A DNA stretch of 16,550 nt, taken from UHGV virus genome UHGV-0152507. The stretch is one strand, 5' to 3'. Position numbers and translations under genes: made by a program. The notes under the pieces are model-generated. The model did not search any database. It saw nothing but the letters and a program-made list of their open reading frames with translations, and had not been told where the DNA came from. Every line of letters starts with the position of its first letter. Positions within the stretch are counted from its first letter, which is position 1. Source of the stretch: a virus. Below, in pieces: positions 6,126 to 13,701 of this stretch.

Positions 6126-7126
6126 CTGCCTATTACAACGAAATCGATCCATATGCAGCACAGTGGCTGCGCAACCTCATTGATGCCGGGCATATTGCGC
6201 CAGGCATTGTTGATACCCGTTCAATTGAGGATGTAACCCCCAATGACCTTAAAGGCTTTACTCAATGTCACTTCTTTGCCGGGATCGGTGTGTGGTCATA
6301 TGCCCTGCGTCTTGTGGGCTGGCCGGACGACAAACCGATCTGGACTGGATCCTGCCCATGCCAGCCTTTCAGCCCGGCAGGCAAAGCAACTGGGTTTGAT
6401 GACGAGCGGCACTTATGGCCCGCCTTTCATTGGCTCATTGCTCAGTGCCGCCCTGTCGTTGTCGCTGGCGAGCAATCTGGAAGCGCTAACGCGAACGTCT
6501 GGCTCGACCTTGTACAAACTGACATGGAAAGCCTGGGCTATGCCTTCGGGGCGGTCGCGTTTCCGTCTGCGAGCGTCGGTGCGCCACACATCTGGGACAG
6601 AGCTTACTGGGTGGCCGACACCAACGGCGAGCGCATGGAAACACCCTGGAAACCAGGGGAGGCAGGGAGGCTTGAATTTGCAAACGGCCACAGCATTAGC
6701 TGGGTGGCCGACACCAACAACGCAGAGCAACAACCAAATCTCAGGAGTTGGAGCTGCTGCAGATCACCCGAAGCGCGGGACAACTTTGGGCGGGGCTGCT
6801 CAGCTGTCGGGGTGGCCGACACCAGCTTCAAGGGACGGCAAGGGGGGGTATCAGGGCGGGAGGATACGCAACGGGAAGCTGTCGACGGACACGCTGGATG
6901 TGACGGCGCAAATTGCGGGACCGGTCCGGTTAACGGTTTCTGGCGATCTGCTGACTGGCTGTATTGCCGGGATGGAAACTGGAGGCCAGTTAAACCCGGA
7001 CTTAAGCCGCTGGTTGATGGGGTTACCGGACGAGTGGGAAAAATCCGCGCCTACGGAAACGCTATCAACGTTGAAGCTGCAACAGCGTTCATAAAGGCTT
7101 ATATGATGGGGGCGTCAAATGTCTGA
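6122..7126 (+). CDS. Dcm-like DNA cytosine-5 methyltransferase, apparently frame-disrupted or frame-variable
   Basis: Annotated frame has FFAGIGVW (motif I-like), catalytic PCQ at 6356..6364, RPVVVAGEQ (motif VI-like), LESLGY, GAPHIWDRAYWVA (motif VIII-like) and YGNAINVEAATAFI (motif X, 7052..7093). The motif IX-like LNPDLSRWLMGLPDEW is only in the overlapping +1 frame (6990..7037). Confidence 0.7.
   Translation: MTAYYNEIDPYAAQWLRNLIDAGHIAPGIVDTRSIEDVTPNDLKGFTQCHFFAGIGVWSYALRLVGWPDDKPIWTGSCPCQPFSPAGKATGFDDERHLWPAFHWLIAQCRPVVVAGEQSGSANANVWLDLVQTDMESLGYAFGAVAFPSASVGAPHIWDRAYWVADTNGERMETPWKPGEAGRLEFANGHSISWVADTNNAEQQPNLRSWSCCRSPEARDNFGRGCSAVGVADTSFKGRQGGVSGREDTQREAVDGHAGCDGANCGTGPVNGFWRSADWLYCRDGNWRPVKPGLKPLVDGVTGRVGKIRAYGNAINVEAATAFIKAYMMGASNV
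6607..6826. repeat. Three copies of a 19-nt element inside the methyltransferase gene
   Basis: CTGGGTGGCCGACACCAAC at 6607..6625 and 6700..6718; CGGGGTGGCCGACACCAGC at 6808..6826. They encode GWPTP in the +1 frame and (W/G)VADT in the annotated frame. Confidence 0.7.
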
Positions 7127-9737
7127 CGCCGCCTTTGCATGGCCCTGGAACGCGCCGCGCCCAGCTGTTGGCCTGTACACCTACGAACCGAAAAAAATCG
7201 CCCCGCTTGCCGGGGCGGTGGCGCATCATCCTGCCGTAAAAAAACACATCGATCACATATTCAAACGCGCCGGTTACAACCCTGACGACGTTCGCGACCG
7301 TGACGCGCTGATCCAGACGCTGGACAGGTACGAACCGTGCGGCCTGCCACTGGCCGCCCAACAAAATATCATCCGGCAGGAAAGTGCAGCCGCGAAAGCT
7401 GCGGCGGCCGCCTGGGCCAATACGCCGGAAGGTGTCGAAGCGCGTTTGTTGTCTGAGCCGTTCTTCATCCGCGAAGTCTGGCGCAAAAAAATTGAATGGT
7501 TACGGGCCAACCGTGAAACCAGACACACCAATGATTTTCTTATGGGGACCGTGAAAAAATCATTGCTGCGTCTTGATGTTGTGCGCACAAGGCAAGGTGT
7601 TTCGCCTGATATCACCGGCGAACTGGCCGCGTACTGGTTCGGGCGCTGGCAACGGCTGGCTGATTTCACAAAGCGGGAAGCCCTAAGCGCCGCTAATGAG
7701 ATCGCCAGCCGCATGGCTGAAATGCTGGGGACGGAATGCGAAGCCTTGGGACGAAATGTTTCAGACATGAACGTCGAAGAACTGGACTGGCTTTATTGCC
7801 ACCTGGGCCGTGAAATGCTGGCGCTTCGCATTGTGCCGCCTGCATGGTATGCGCCGTGGGAACGCGAGCGCATATGCACGGCCATTTTGCGTATGGCTTC
7901 GCCTGACTGGTGGGGGCGCAAAATCTGGCGCTTGCGTTGTGACTGGCGCGAAAACCAGCTGCGTGCTGTTGGCGCGGTAAATAAAAAAGCGCATCCGTAT
8001 ATCAGTGCATCAAGCCTGATGGAATGGCAGGAACAGCGACGTAAAAACCGTAATTTCTTCAAAAGTCATGAACTGGTAGACGAAGACGGCAACGTTTCGT
8101 CGCTTGAGGACATGATTAACAAATCCACGTCTAACCCTGCAATTCGTCGTCATGAGCTTATGGCCCGTATGGCTGGCGTGGAGCTTGTCGCCCAGAGTCG
8201 TGGCGATGTTGGCATCTTCCTGACCATCACTTGCCCGTCGAAATATCACGGCAATATTGCGTCCGGCCACCATAACGCAAAATGGAACTACGACACGGTT
8301 GCACAGGCGCAACGCTATTTATGCCGCGTATGGAACCGGGCAACCGCCAAACTGAAACGCGAAGATTTGCGCCCTTACGGCTTCCGCGTCGCCGAGCCGC
8401 ATCACGACGGAACGCCACACTGGCACGCCCTGCTATTTATGCCGCAGGCAGAAGTTAAAGCCACGGTAGCGATTTTGCGTGATTACTTTGTCAAAGAGGA
8501 CCGCGCCGAACTGGGGCGTAATACCGGTGCTCGCTTCAAGTCCAAAAAAATGGACCCACGGAAAGGGTCAGCAACGGCGTATATCGCGAAATACATTTCG
8601 AAGAATATCGACGGCCATGCGCTGGCCGGTGAACTGGACGACGAAAGCGGCAAGCCGCTGAATGAAACAGCCAAATATGCAATGGCCTGGGCATCACTTC
8701 ACCGCATCCGTCAGTTTCAGCCCATCGGACAGCCGCCCATATCGGTTTACCGCGAGCTGCGCAAACTGAGCAATCAGATCACGACGCGCCAGAAAATTGA
8801 CAATACCTTCAAGCGCGGTGCGCCGTTGCTTGTGGATCCTGCTATGGATGCGGTTTGCGCCGCTGCGGATGTCGGGTGCTTTGCTACCTACATCATCCGC
8901 CAGGGTGGTGTTTTGATCCCGCGAGAAAACTATGTCGTCCGTCTGGCCTATCAGCCAGCTGATGAAATGAATGCTTATTGTGAGATCCCCGAAAAGGTAT
9001 TCGGGGTCTGGTCGCCACGTCTGGGGGATGCCTCCCGCATTTGCACCCGTCTGGTTAAGTGGAAAATCCGCGCCAAATCCAAAGCCACCACCGGGGCCAA
9101 AAACGGCCCCGGTTTGGGGGTTGACCTTTTGCCGTCGCCAACCGGCGACGCTTGGAGTTCTGTCAATAACTCTACGGAAGACGAAAAAATCACCGATTTT
9201 TCGCCTGATGTGGAAGGGGTGACAGGAGGAGCAGAAGGGGAAATCGGCGATGTTGAAAACATGGACCAACCGACACGGCGAAAATTGATGCGGCGACTAC
9301 GTGAAACACCATTCAAAAGGCAGCAAAACGGATCACCTTATGAGCCAGGCAGCGAATTAGATGTCGCCTGGCGTTCTGCCGTGGAAAAAACCGAGGCCAG
9401 ATCGGCGGCAGAAAAGGCCAAACGGGCGGCGCTTGCCCCTGCTGTTGCCAGCCTGCTGGCAGATGCGGCGTTGTATTCGGTTGAGATTTCAGAGATTCAG
9501 GCCGTTTCGCTGTTAATGGGGAGTTGTCTGGAGATTGGCGGCAAAGTTTATCGGGCCAGTGCTGACGGCCAGTTGATAACGCGTCAATTACCCGACGAGT
9601 CACGGACGGTGAATAAATTATGGGAACGTCTGCGGGATAACCACGGCATAGATGCCACGCGCCTGCGGTTCGACCCTGCGGGCGAATACGCAAAGATGTT
9701 AACGAAAGCAATTAATTGCGCTGACAAAAAGGGGTGA
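7119..9737 (+). CDS. A: Rolling-circle replication initiator endonuclease, P2 gene A-like
   Basis: 872 aa. HUH-type motif GTPHWHALLF and paired-tyrosine motif YIAKYISKN (compare phiX174 gpA YVAKYVNK). N-terminal AWPWNAPRPAVG resembles P2 A. Position after the early accessory genes is as in P2. Confidence 0.9.
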   Translation: MSDAAFAWPWNAPRPAVGLYTYEPKKIAPLAGAVAHHPAVKKHIDHIFKRAGYNPDDVRDRDALIQTLDRYEPCGLPLAAQQNIIRQESAAAKAAAAAWANTPEGVEARLLSEPFFIREVWRKKIEWLRANRETRHTNDFLMGTVKKSLLRLDVVRTRQGVSPDITGELAAYWFGRWQRLADFTKREALSAANEIASRMAEMLGTECEALGRNVSDMNVEELDWLYCHLGREMLALRIVPPAWYAPWERERICTAILRMASPDWWGRKIWRLRCDWRENQLRAVGAVNKKAHPYISASSLMEWQEQRRKNRNFFKSHELVDEDGNVSSLEDMINKSTSNPAIRRHELMARMAGVELVAQSRGDVGIFLTITCPSKYHGNIASGHHNAKWNYDTVAQAQRYLCRVWNRATAKLKREDLRPYGFRVAEPHHDGTPHWHALLFMPQAEVKATVAILRDYFVKEDRAELGRNTGARFKSKKMDPRKGSATAYIAKYISKNIDGHALAGELDDESGKPLNETAKYAMAWASLHRIRQFQPIGQPPISVYRELRKLSNQITTRQKIDNTFKRGAPLLVDPAMDAVCAAADVGCFATYIIRQGGVLIPRENYVVRLAYQPADEMNAYCEIPEKVFGVWSPRLGDASRICTRLVKWKIRAKSKATTGAKNGPGLGVDLLPSPTGDAWSSVNNSTEDEKITDFSPDVEGVTGGAEGEIGDVENMDQPTRRKLMRRLRETPFKRQQNGSPYEPGSELDVAWRSAVEKTEARSAAEKAKRAALAPAVASLLADAALYSVEISEIQAVSLLMGSCLEIGGKVYRASADGQLITRQLPDESRTVNKLWERLRDNHGIDATRLRFDPAGEYAKMLTKAINCADKKG

Positions 9738-9739
9738 GC

Positions 9740-9955
9740 ATGAAAATTATTATTGGGCATAAGAAGCAAAATAATCAGTTAGATGTAGTTGTAAGTGCCT
9801 GGTGTTGGGAAGTGGAGCAACTCAATAAGCTGACAAAAGAAGTGATCCGGGTGTTTTTTGTGGAAGGTGAAGCAACGTGCGTGCCGTCGTCATTTCTTCT
9901 GCGTCGTAAATACAAGGTAAGCGGGCCGGAGAGTTCTAAATCTTCCACCAGATAA
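9740..9955 (+). CDS. Hypothetical small protein (71 aa) immediately after A, at the P2 orf91 position
   Basis: ATG 9740 sits 3 nt after the A stop, with AAGGGG upstream. AT-rich. No motif recognised. Confidence 0.45.
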   Translation: MKIIIGHKKQNNQLDVVVSAWCWEVEQLNKLTKEVIRVFFVEGEATCVPSSFLLRRKYKVSGPESSKSSTR

Positions 9956-10066
9956 AACAGTCAATCGCGAAAACCTGCGTTACTTGTTGCGCGGGTTTTC
10001 ACGATTCTGCGGGTGCGGGCGGCAAAGAGTCCGCATGTTTTGATTCTAAAAGTGAGATAAGAAAAA

Positions 10067-10282
10067 ATGAAAGCGAGTTATATCAGTTACTTTGAAGGTT
10101 ACGATGCTCTTGGCCGAATGATTTTTAATGGCAATGGTTCATGTTCGGTTGAATACGACGAGACTGAGGGAATCGATCCTGAAGGGTTGCAGGTCGCGCA
10201 TTGTGAGCATCTTTTAAAGGTGGCCCAGGCCAAAAATAACAGTGTCGTGAGAGTCACGATTAATAACATGATGAAACTGTAA
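10067..10282 (+). CDS. Hypothetical small acidic protein (71 aa), cargo at the P2 tin/old position
   Basis: Stand-alone ORF in an AT-rich stretch, followed by a stem-loop terminator. Weak SD. No motif recognised. Confidence 0.5.
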   Translation: MKASYISYFEGYDALGRMIFNGNGSCSVEYDETEGIDPEGLQVAHCEHLLKVAQAKNNSVVRVTINNMMKL

Positions 10283-10309
10283 TTGTTATCAATTCCAATA
10301 GTTAAAAAT

Positions 10310-10326
10310 GCCCGCTTTATGCGGGC
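10310..10326. terminator. Bidirectional rho-independent terminator between convergent genes
   Basis: Stem GCCCGC / GCGGGC with a 5-nt loop. Followed on the plus strand by TTCGTTTAT and on the minus strand by ATTTTTA. Lies 5 nt beyond the minus-strand zinc-finger gene stop. Confidence 0.55.
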
Positions 10327-10331
10327 TTCGT

Positions 10332-10658
10332 TTATGCCGTCTGACCGTTGAGCAGGTCCAGCGCGAATTGACGTTCTTCGGGCTTGAGCCGGTCAATCAG
10401 AAATTTAACCAGCTTGTTGCCGGTCAGCCCGCTGGGGCTGAGGGTATGTGAAAACTCAACGCTATAAACAAATGTATGACCACATTCCACTTCCGTGCAG
10501 CCACAGTATAAAGACGCCAGTTTTTTATCTTTCCAGTCAGATTTACGAATGATGGCCGGTGAGCCGCATTCAGGACATTTAATTTTAAAAACTCGCATGT
10601 TCACCATCCCGCACGCCATTGCTAACAATGGGGATGATTTTAACTTAACTGCGCTCAT
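10332..10658 (-). CDS. Ogr/Delta-family zinc-finger protein (putative late-gene transcription activator)
   Basis: CPEC ... CGCTEVECGHTF matches the Ogr pattern CPLC ... CQNVNCSATF, with similar spacing. ATG at 10658 overlaps the portal stop (ATGA). An alternative start at ATG 10598 (MRVFKIKCPEC) would give an Ogr-sized N-terminus. Confidence 0.7.
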   Translation of the reverse strand: MSAVKLKSSPLLAMACGMVNMRVFKIKCPECGSPAIIRKSDWKDKKLASLYCGCTEVECGHTFVYSVEFSHTLSPSGLTGNKLVKFLIDRLKPEERQFALDLLNGQTA

Positions 10659-11716
10659 TTTTCGCCCTTTTCGACGGTGATTGCCGGGATATCTACATCA
10701 AAATGCAGGTGCAAATGTGGGGGGATCTCCGGGTCATTGTTGACGCCGTTCATTAGCTTGCGCTGCAACGGGATAACTTCATCCTTGCGATAGGTTGTGC
10801 GGGCGGTTTCAGGGTTGCCCATTACCGCGCCATTGGTCGGGATGATACCGGCCAGCCCTGCGGGGAAACGGTGAGCGGTAAAGATATCCTGCGCGGTGAT
10901 CCCTTTGATGTTGGCAAATTCATCCTTTGCGCTGACTTCGCCCACTGGCATGATTTTAACCCCTTCCGGGTCGCCCTTCGGGATGTTGATAAACATATTG
11001 CGGAAGTTACCCAGCCCTTTGGACTGGGCGATCTTCTCTTTGATTTCGTTTTCCATTTCCAGCGTCAGATTCGGATCGCTGGTATAGAGAATAAAGCCCA
11101 TATGCGCCCCGTTATTGTAGTAACGGCGCCGGAAGATGGTTGCCTCACTGTTGAGTAACACCGAATGGATGCCGCCGATATAGTCAGGCAGGCCATATAC
11201 CTGCTGGCGCGGGTCGTACATTTTAAAGAAAACGATGTCTTCCGGGTCATAGATAAGCGCTGGCCCTTCCTGCAAAACAGCAAACGAGCCGTCTTTCCGG
11301 CAGCGCAGGTACAGCGACGGCAGCGGCAGCAGGTCGATCACTTCCCCGAATACGTTACGAATTTTCAGGATAGCGACGTCACCAAACAGCAGGTAATCAA
11401 AGACAGCCTGTTCGACCTGGTCAGGCGTCAGGCCGCCGCCAATATAGCCACCGGCCACCATATTGCGCCGCGCATACAGCACCCCACCATGCTGGCCGTT
11501 AAGGTTCGGCAACTGGGCCAGCGCCAGGCGATCAATCGGGAGTCGCCAGTGGTCATATTCATTGTCATACCAGATATTGTGATAATCCGTGCCGGTCGTC
11601 AGGATGGGTTCGGGTTCGCCAAATGTGATCACGCTTCCGCGCCCTGGCGTGAAGGTTTCAACCTTGCTGCCGGTCATGGACCTGAATTTTTTATTATTAC
11701 GCTGTTTCTTTGTCAT
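10655..11716 (-). CDS. Q: Portal protein, P2 Q-like
   Basis: 353 aa. Segments LPDYIGGIHSVLLNSEATIFRRRYYNNGAHMGFILY and KGLGNFRNMFINIP resemble P2 Q (LPEYLSALNSAWLNESATLFRRKYYENGAHAGYIMY, KGRGNFKNLFLYAP as recalled). Confidence 0.9.
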   Translation of the reverse strand: MTKKQRNNKKFRSMTGSKVETFTPGRGSVITFGEPEPILTTGTDYHNIWYDNEYDHWRLPIDRLALAQLPNLNGQHGGVLYARRNMVAGGYIGGGLTPDQVEQAVFDYLLFGDVAILKIRNVFGEVIDLLPLPSLYLRCRKDGSFAVLQEGPALIYDPEDIVFFKMYDPRQQVYGLPDYIGGIHSVLLNSEATIFRRRYYNNGAHMGFILYTSDPNLTLEMENEIKEKIAQSKGLGNFRNMFINIPKGDPEGVKIMPVGEVSAKDEFANIKGITAQDIFTAHRFPAGLAGIIPTNGAVMGNPETARTTYRKDEVIPLQRKLMNGVNNDPEIPPHLHLHFDVDIPAITVEKGEK

Positions 11717-13524
11717 GCTGCTTTCCCAAAGTACCAGCCCGATGGGCGGTCATATTCGTGATCGATAGGTTCGTTAATTACGGCGTGCGAGATAGCGAAG
11801 AAAACATCTGCATGGCCGGTCGCGTCTGAACGTTCAGCAACAAACGTCAGCGCGTTGCCGCTGTTGGTTGTCGTGCGCCGGATAGCCATAAAGCTGGCCG
11901 GAATTTCGACGCGCTCTTTGTTCGTTTCGTCTACGGCGTCTTTTGCCCATTCGATGCGCTTACGCTCGACAACGTCGATCATCTTCATTACCAGACGGTT
12001 TTTGCTTTCGACGCTGTAAAGAATCGGTGTGGCTTCGCGTGGTGCAAACTTGCTGACCAGGTCATAAACGCCCTTACCTATGCCGGTTGTATCGATCCCG
12101 ATGTAAGTGATGTTAAAGCGGCGCATAAGTTGCTTTATCTGGTCGGCCTGCCAGCTGAAGTTAAAGCCCTGCCATTGCCAGACGGCCAGCACGCGGAAGC
12201 GCTCGCCGTCCTCTATGGGGGGCGCGATTAACACAAAAGTGGAGTTGTCGCCGGATCGTGACGGGTCAAAGCCTGCCCATACTTCGCGATTGCCGAAGGG
12301 CCGCGCAGCAGTCAGATCAAAGTCGCCCCATGTGGCCCGGTCCACTTCGCAACCGACAAGCGCGGAGAACTTGAACACCGCGTCCTTGCTGTCAACAAAC
12401 TGGCACATGTAGAGCATGGCAAACGCGGTCGGGCTGTATTTGTTGCGCAGTCGTTCAATATCGACAAGCGCCCCGAGGCCGCCTTCGATGGCGTCTTCCA
12501 TTGTGATGATATAGCGCCAGATCTGGTCCGGGCAGAGAATGCCCTGGCGCATTTCGCTTTCTTTCGGGAACGTCACACCTTTGCGTTTCGGGTCGTCCCC
12601 GCGCCAGGCTTCGCCAGTCCAGACCGGGTAAGCCTGGTGCGTTTTCGCGCTGGGCGTCGAAAAGTAGGTCGTGCGGTATTTGTTGTGCGTCGCCATTGCG
12701 CTGGCAACTTCGTGCAGGCGCGTGAATTTCGGGATCCAGAAAACCTCATCACCATACAGGTGGCCGTTAAAGCCCTGCGCGGTGCTGGCGTTCGTGGACA
12801 AAAAGCGCAGTATTGCGCCGTTGCTGAGGCGGATATTTTTACCCGTCAGCGTCACGCCGAAATGGTTCTGAGCGATCTGGACGATGTATTCACGGAAGAT
12901 TTCAGACTGGGAGCGGCTTGCAGAGAAAAAGACCTGGTTATCACCGGTAATGACAGCATCTTCGAATGCCTCCCAGGCGAAATAATAGGTCATGCCGACC
13001 TGTCGGCTTTTCAGAATGAAGCGCCAGTCTTCGCCTTTATGTTCGCGGCAGTGCAGCTGGTACTCGAAGAGATGTTCCCGCGCCCAGGTGTCGAGCATTT
13101 CCGCTGTAATACCGGAAACGTCGTTTTTCTTATACCGGCGCTTTCTTTCCCCTGGTTCCCCGCCTGCGCTGCTGAGGCAGTACCCTTCACCATCATAAGC
13201 CGCTTTCTGGGCCTGAATTTCTGCCAGCTTTTCGGCGTGCTTGTTGCGCTGCGCCATGAGTTTCACATGGTGAGCAATCAGATCGCGCAGTTCCTCCAGT
13301 TCCAGCGCTGTTTTTTTCTCGCGGCGGGAGAGCTGGTCGATACGGCGGGCGATGACATTTTCCACCGATTCAACAGGCAGCAGTGATGCCCACTTCCCGA
13401 CGTCAGCCCAGTGGTAAATTGTACGCGGTGGAATATTCAGTTCCTGCGCAATATCTTTCGGCGTCCAGCTTTTTATATAAAGCGTGCGGGCCGCTTCTTT
13501 TAATTCATCGGAATATTTAGCCAT
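11713..13524 (-). CDS. P: Terminase large (ATPase) subunit, P2 P-like
   Basis: 603 aa, upstream of and overlapping Q (ATGA), as in the P2 Q-P operon. N-terminal HTH-like region and terminase ATPase-like body. Call rests mainly on size and conserved gene order. Confidence 0.85.
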   Translation of the reverse strand: MAKYSDELKEAARTLYIKSWTPKDIAQELNIPPRTIYHWADVGKWASLLPVESVENVIARRIDQLSRREKKTALELEELRDLIAHHVKLMAQRNKHAEKLAEIQAQKAAYDGEGYCLSSAGGEPGERKRRYKKNDVSGITAEMLDTWAREHLFEYQLHCREHKGEDWRFILKSRQVGMTYYFAWEAFEDAVITGDNQVFFSASRSQSEIFREYIVQIAQNHFGVTLTGKNIRLSNGAILRFLSTNASTAQGFNGHLYGDEVFWIPKFTRLHEVASAMATHNKYRTTYFSTPSAKTHQAYPVWTGEAWRGDDPKRKGVTFPKESEMRQGILCPDQIWRYIITMEDAIEGGLGALVDIERLRNKYSPTAFAMLYMCQFVDSKDAVFKFSALVGCEVDRATWGDFDLTAARPFGNREVWAGFDPSRSGDNSTFVLIAPPIEDGERFRVLAVWQWQGFNFSWQADQIKQLMRRFNITYIGIDTTGIGKGVYDLVSKFAPREATPILYSVESKNRLVMKMIDVVERKRIEWAKDAVDETNKERVEIPASFMAIRRTTTNSGNALTFVAERSDATGHADVFFAISHAVINEPIDHEYDRPSGWYFGKAA

Positions 13525-13701
13525 GCGGCTATTATGGCGGGATTATTTGGCGGAATTGATAATTAAATATCGGTAAAAGGTGGTTAACCATTTATAACCG
13601 AATGCATAAGAAATAAAGCGGTCGCGCTGTTTTAACCAATTCGCAATACTGACCACCACGAACGAATCATTGTTATTTAAATTCATTATTAAAGGTCAGT
13701 T
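13525..13701. promoter_or_regulatory. Divergent late promoter region between P (leftward) and O (rightward)
   Basis: 177-bp AT-rich intergenic region between divergent late operons, as in P2. Contains the palindrome TGGTTAACCA (13581..13590) and a second TTAACCA (13632..13638). No exact TGT-N12-ACA dyad found by eye. Confidence 0.5.

Noticed and set aside
6243-7094. 283-aa ORF in the +1 frame inside the methyltransferase gene
   Set aside because: Not an independent gene. It is the alternative frame of the Dcm-like gene and is treated under that finding.
8694-9269. 191-aa minus-strand ORF inside gene A (likewise 7274..7768 and 9313..9711)
   Set aside because: Antisense shadow ORFs within the replication gene, with low-complexity Arg/Pro/Gly-rich translations.
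9956-10066. Candidate cos site (GC-rich GCGGGTGCGGGCGGCAAAGAG, loosely like the P2 cohesive end) and a nearby 11-bp-stem hairpin
   Set aside because: Similarity to the P2 cos sequence as recalled is weak and offset. It cannot be supported without comparison to related phage ends.
11165-11761. 198-aa plus-strand ORF antisense to the portal gene
   Set aside because: Shadow ORF; the opposite strand encodes a conserved portal.
12637-13386. 249-aa plus-strand ORF antisense to the terminase gene
   Set aside because: Shadow ORF inside a well-supported conserved gene; Arg/Ala-rich translation with no RBS context.
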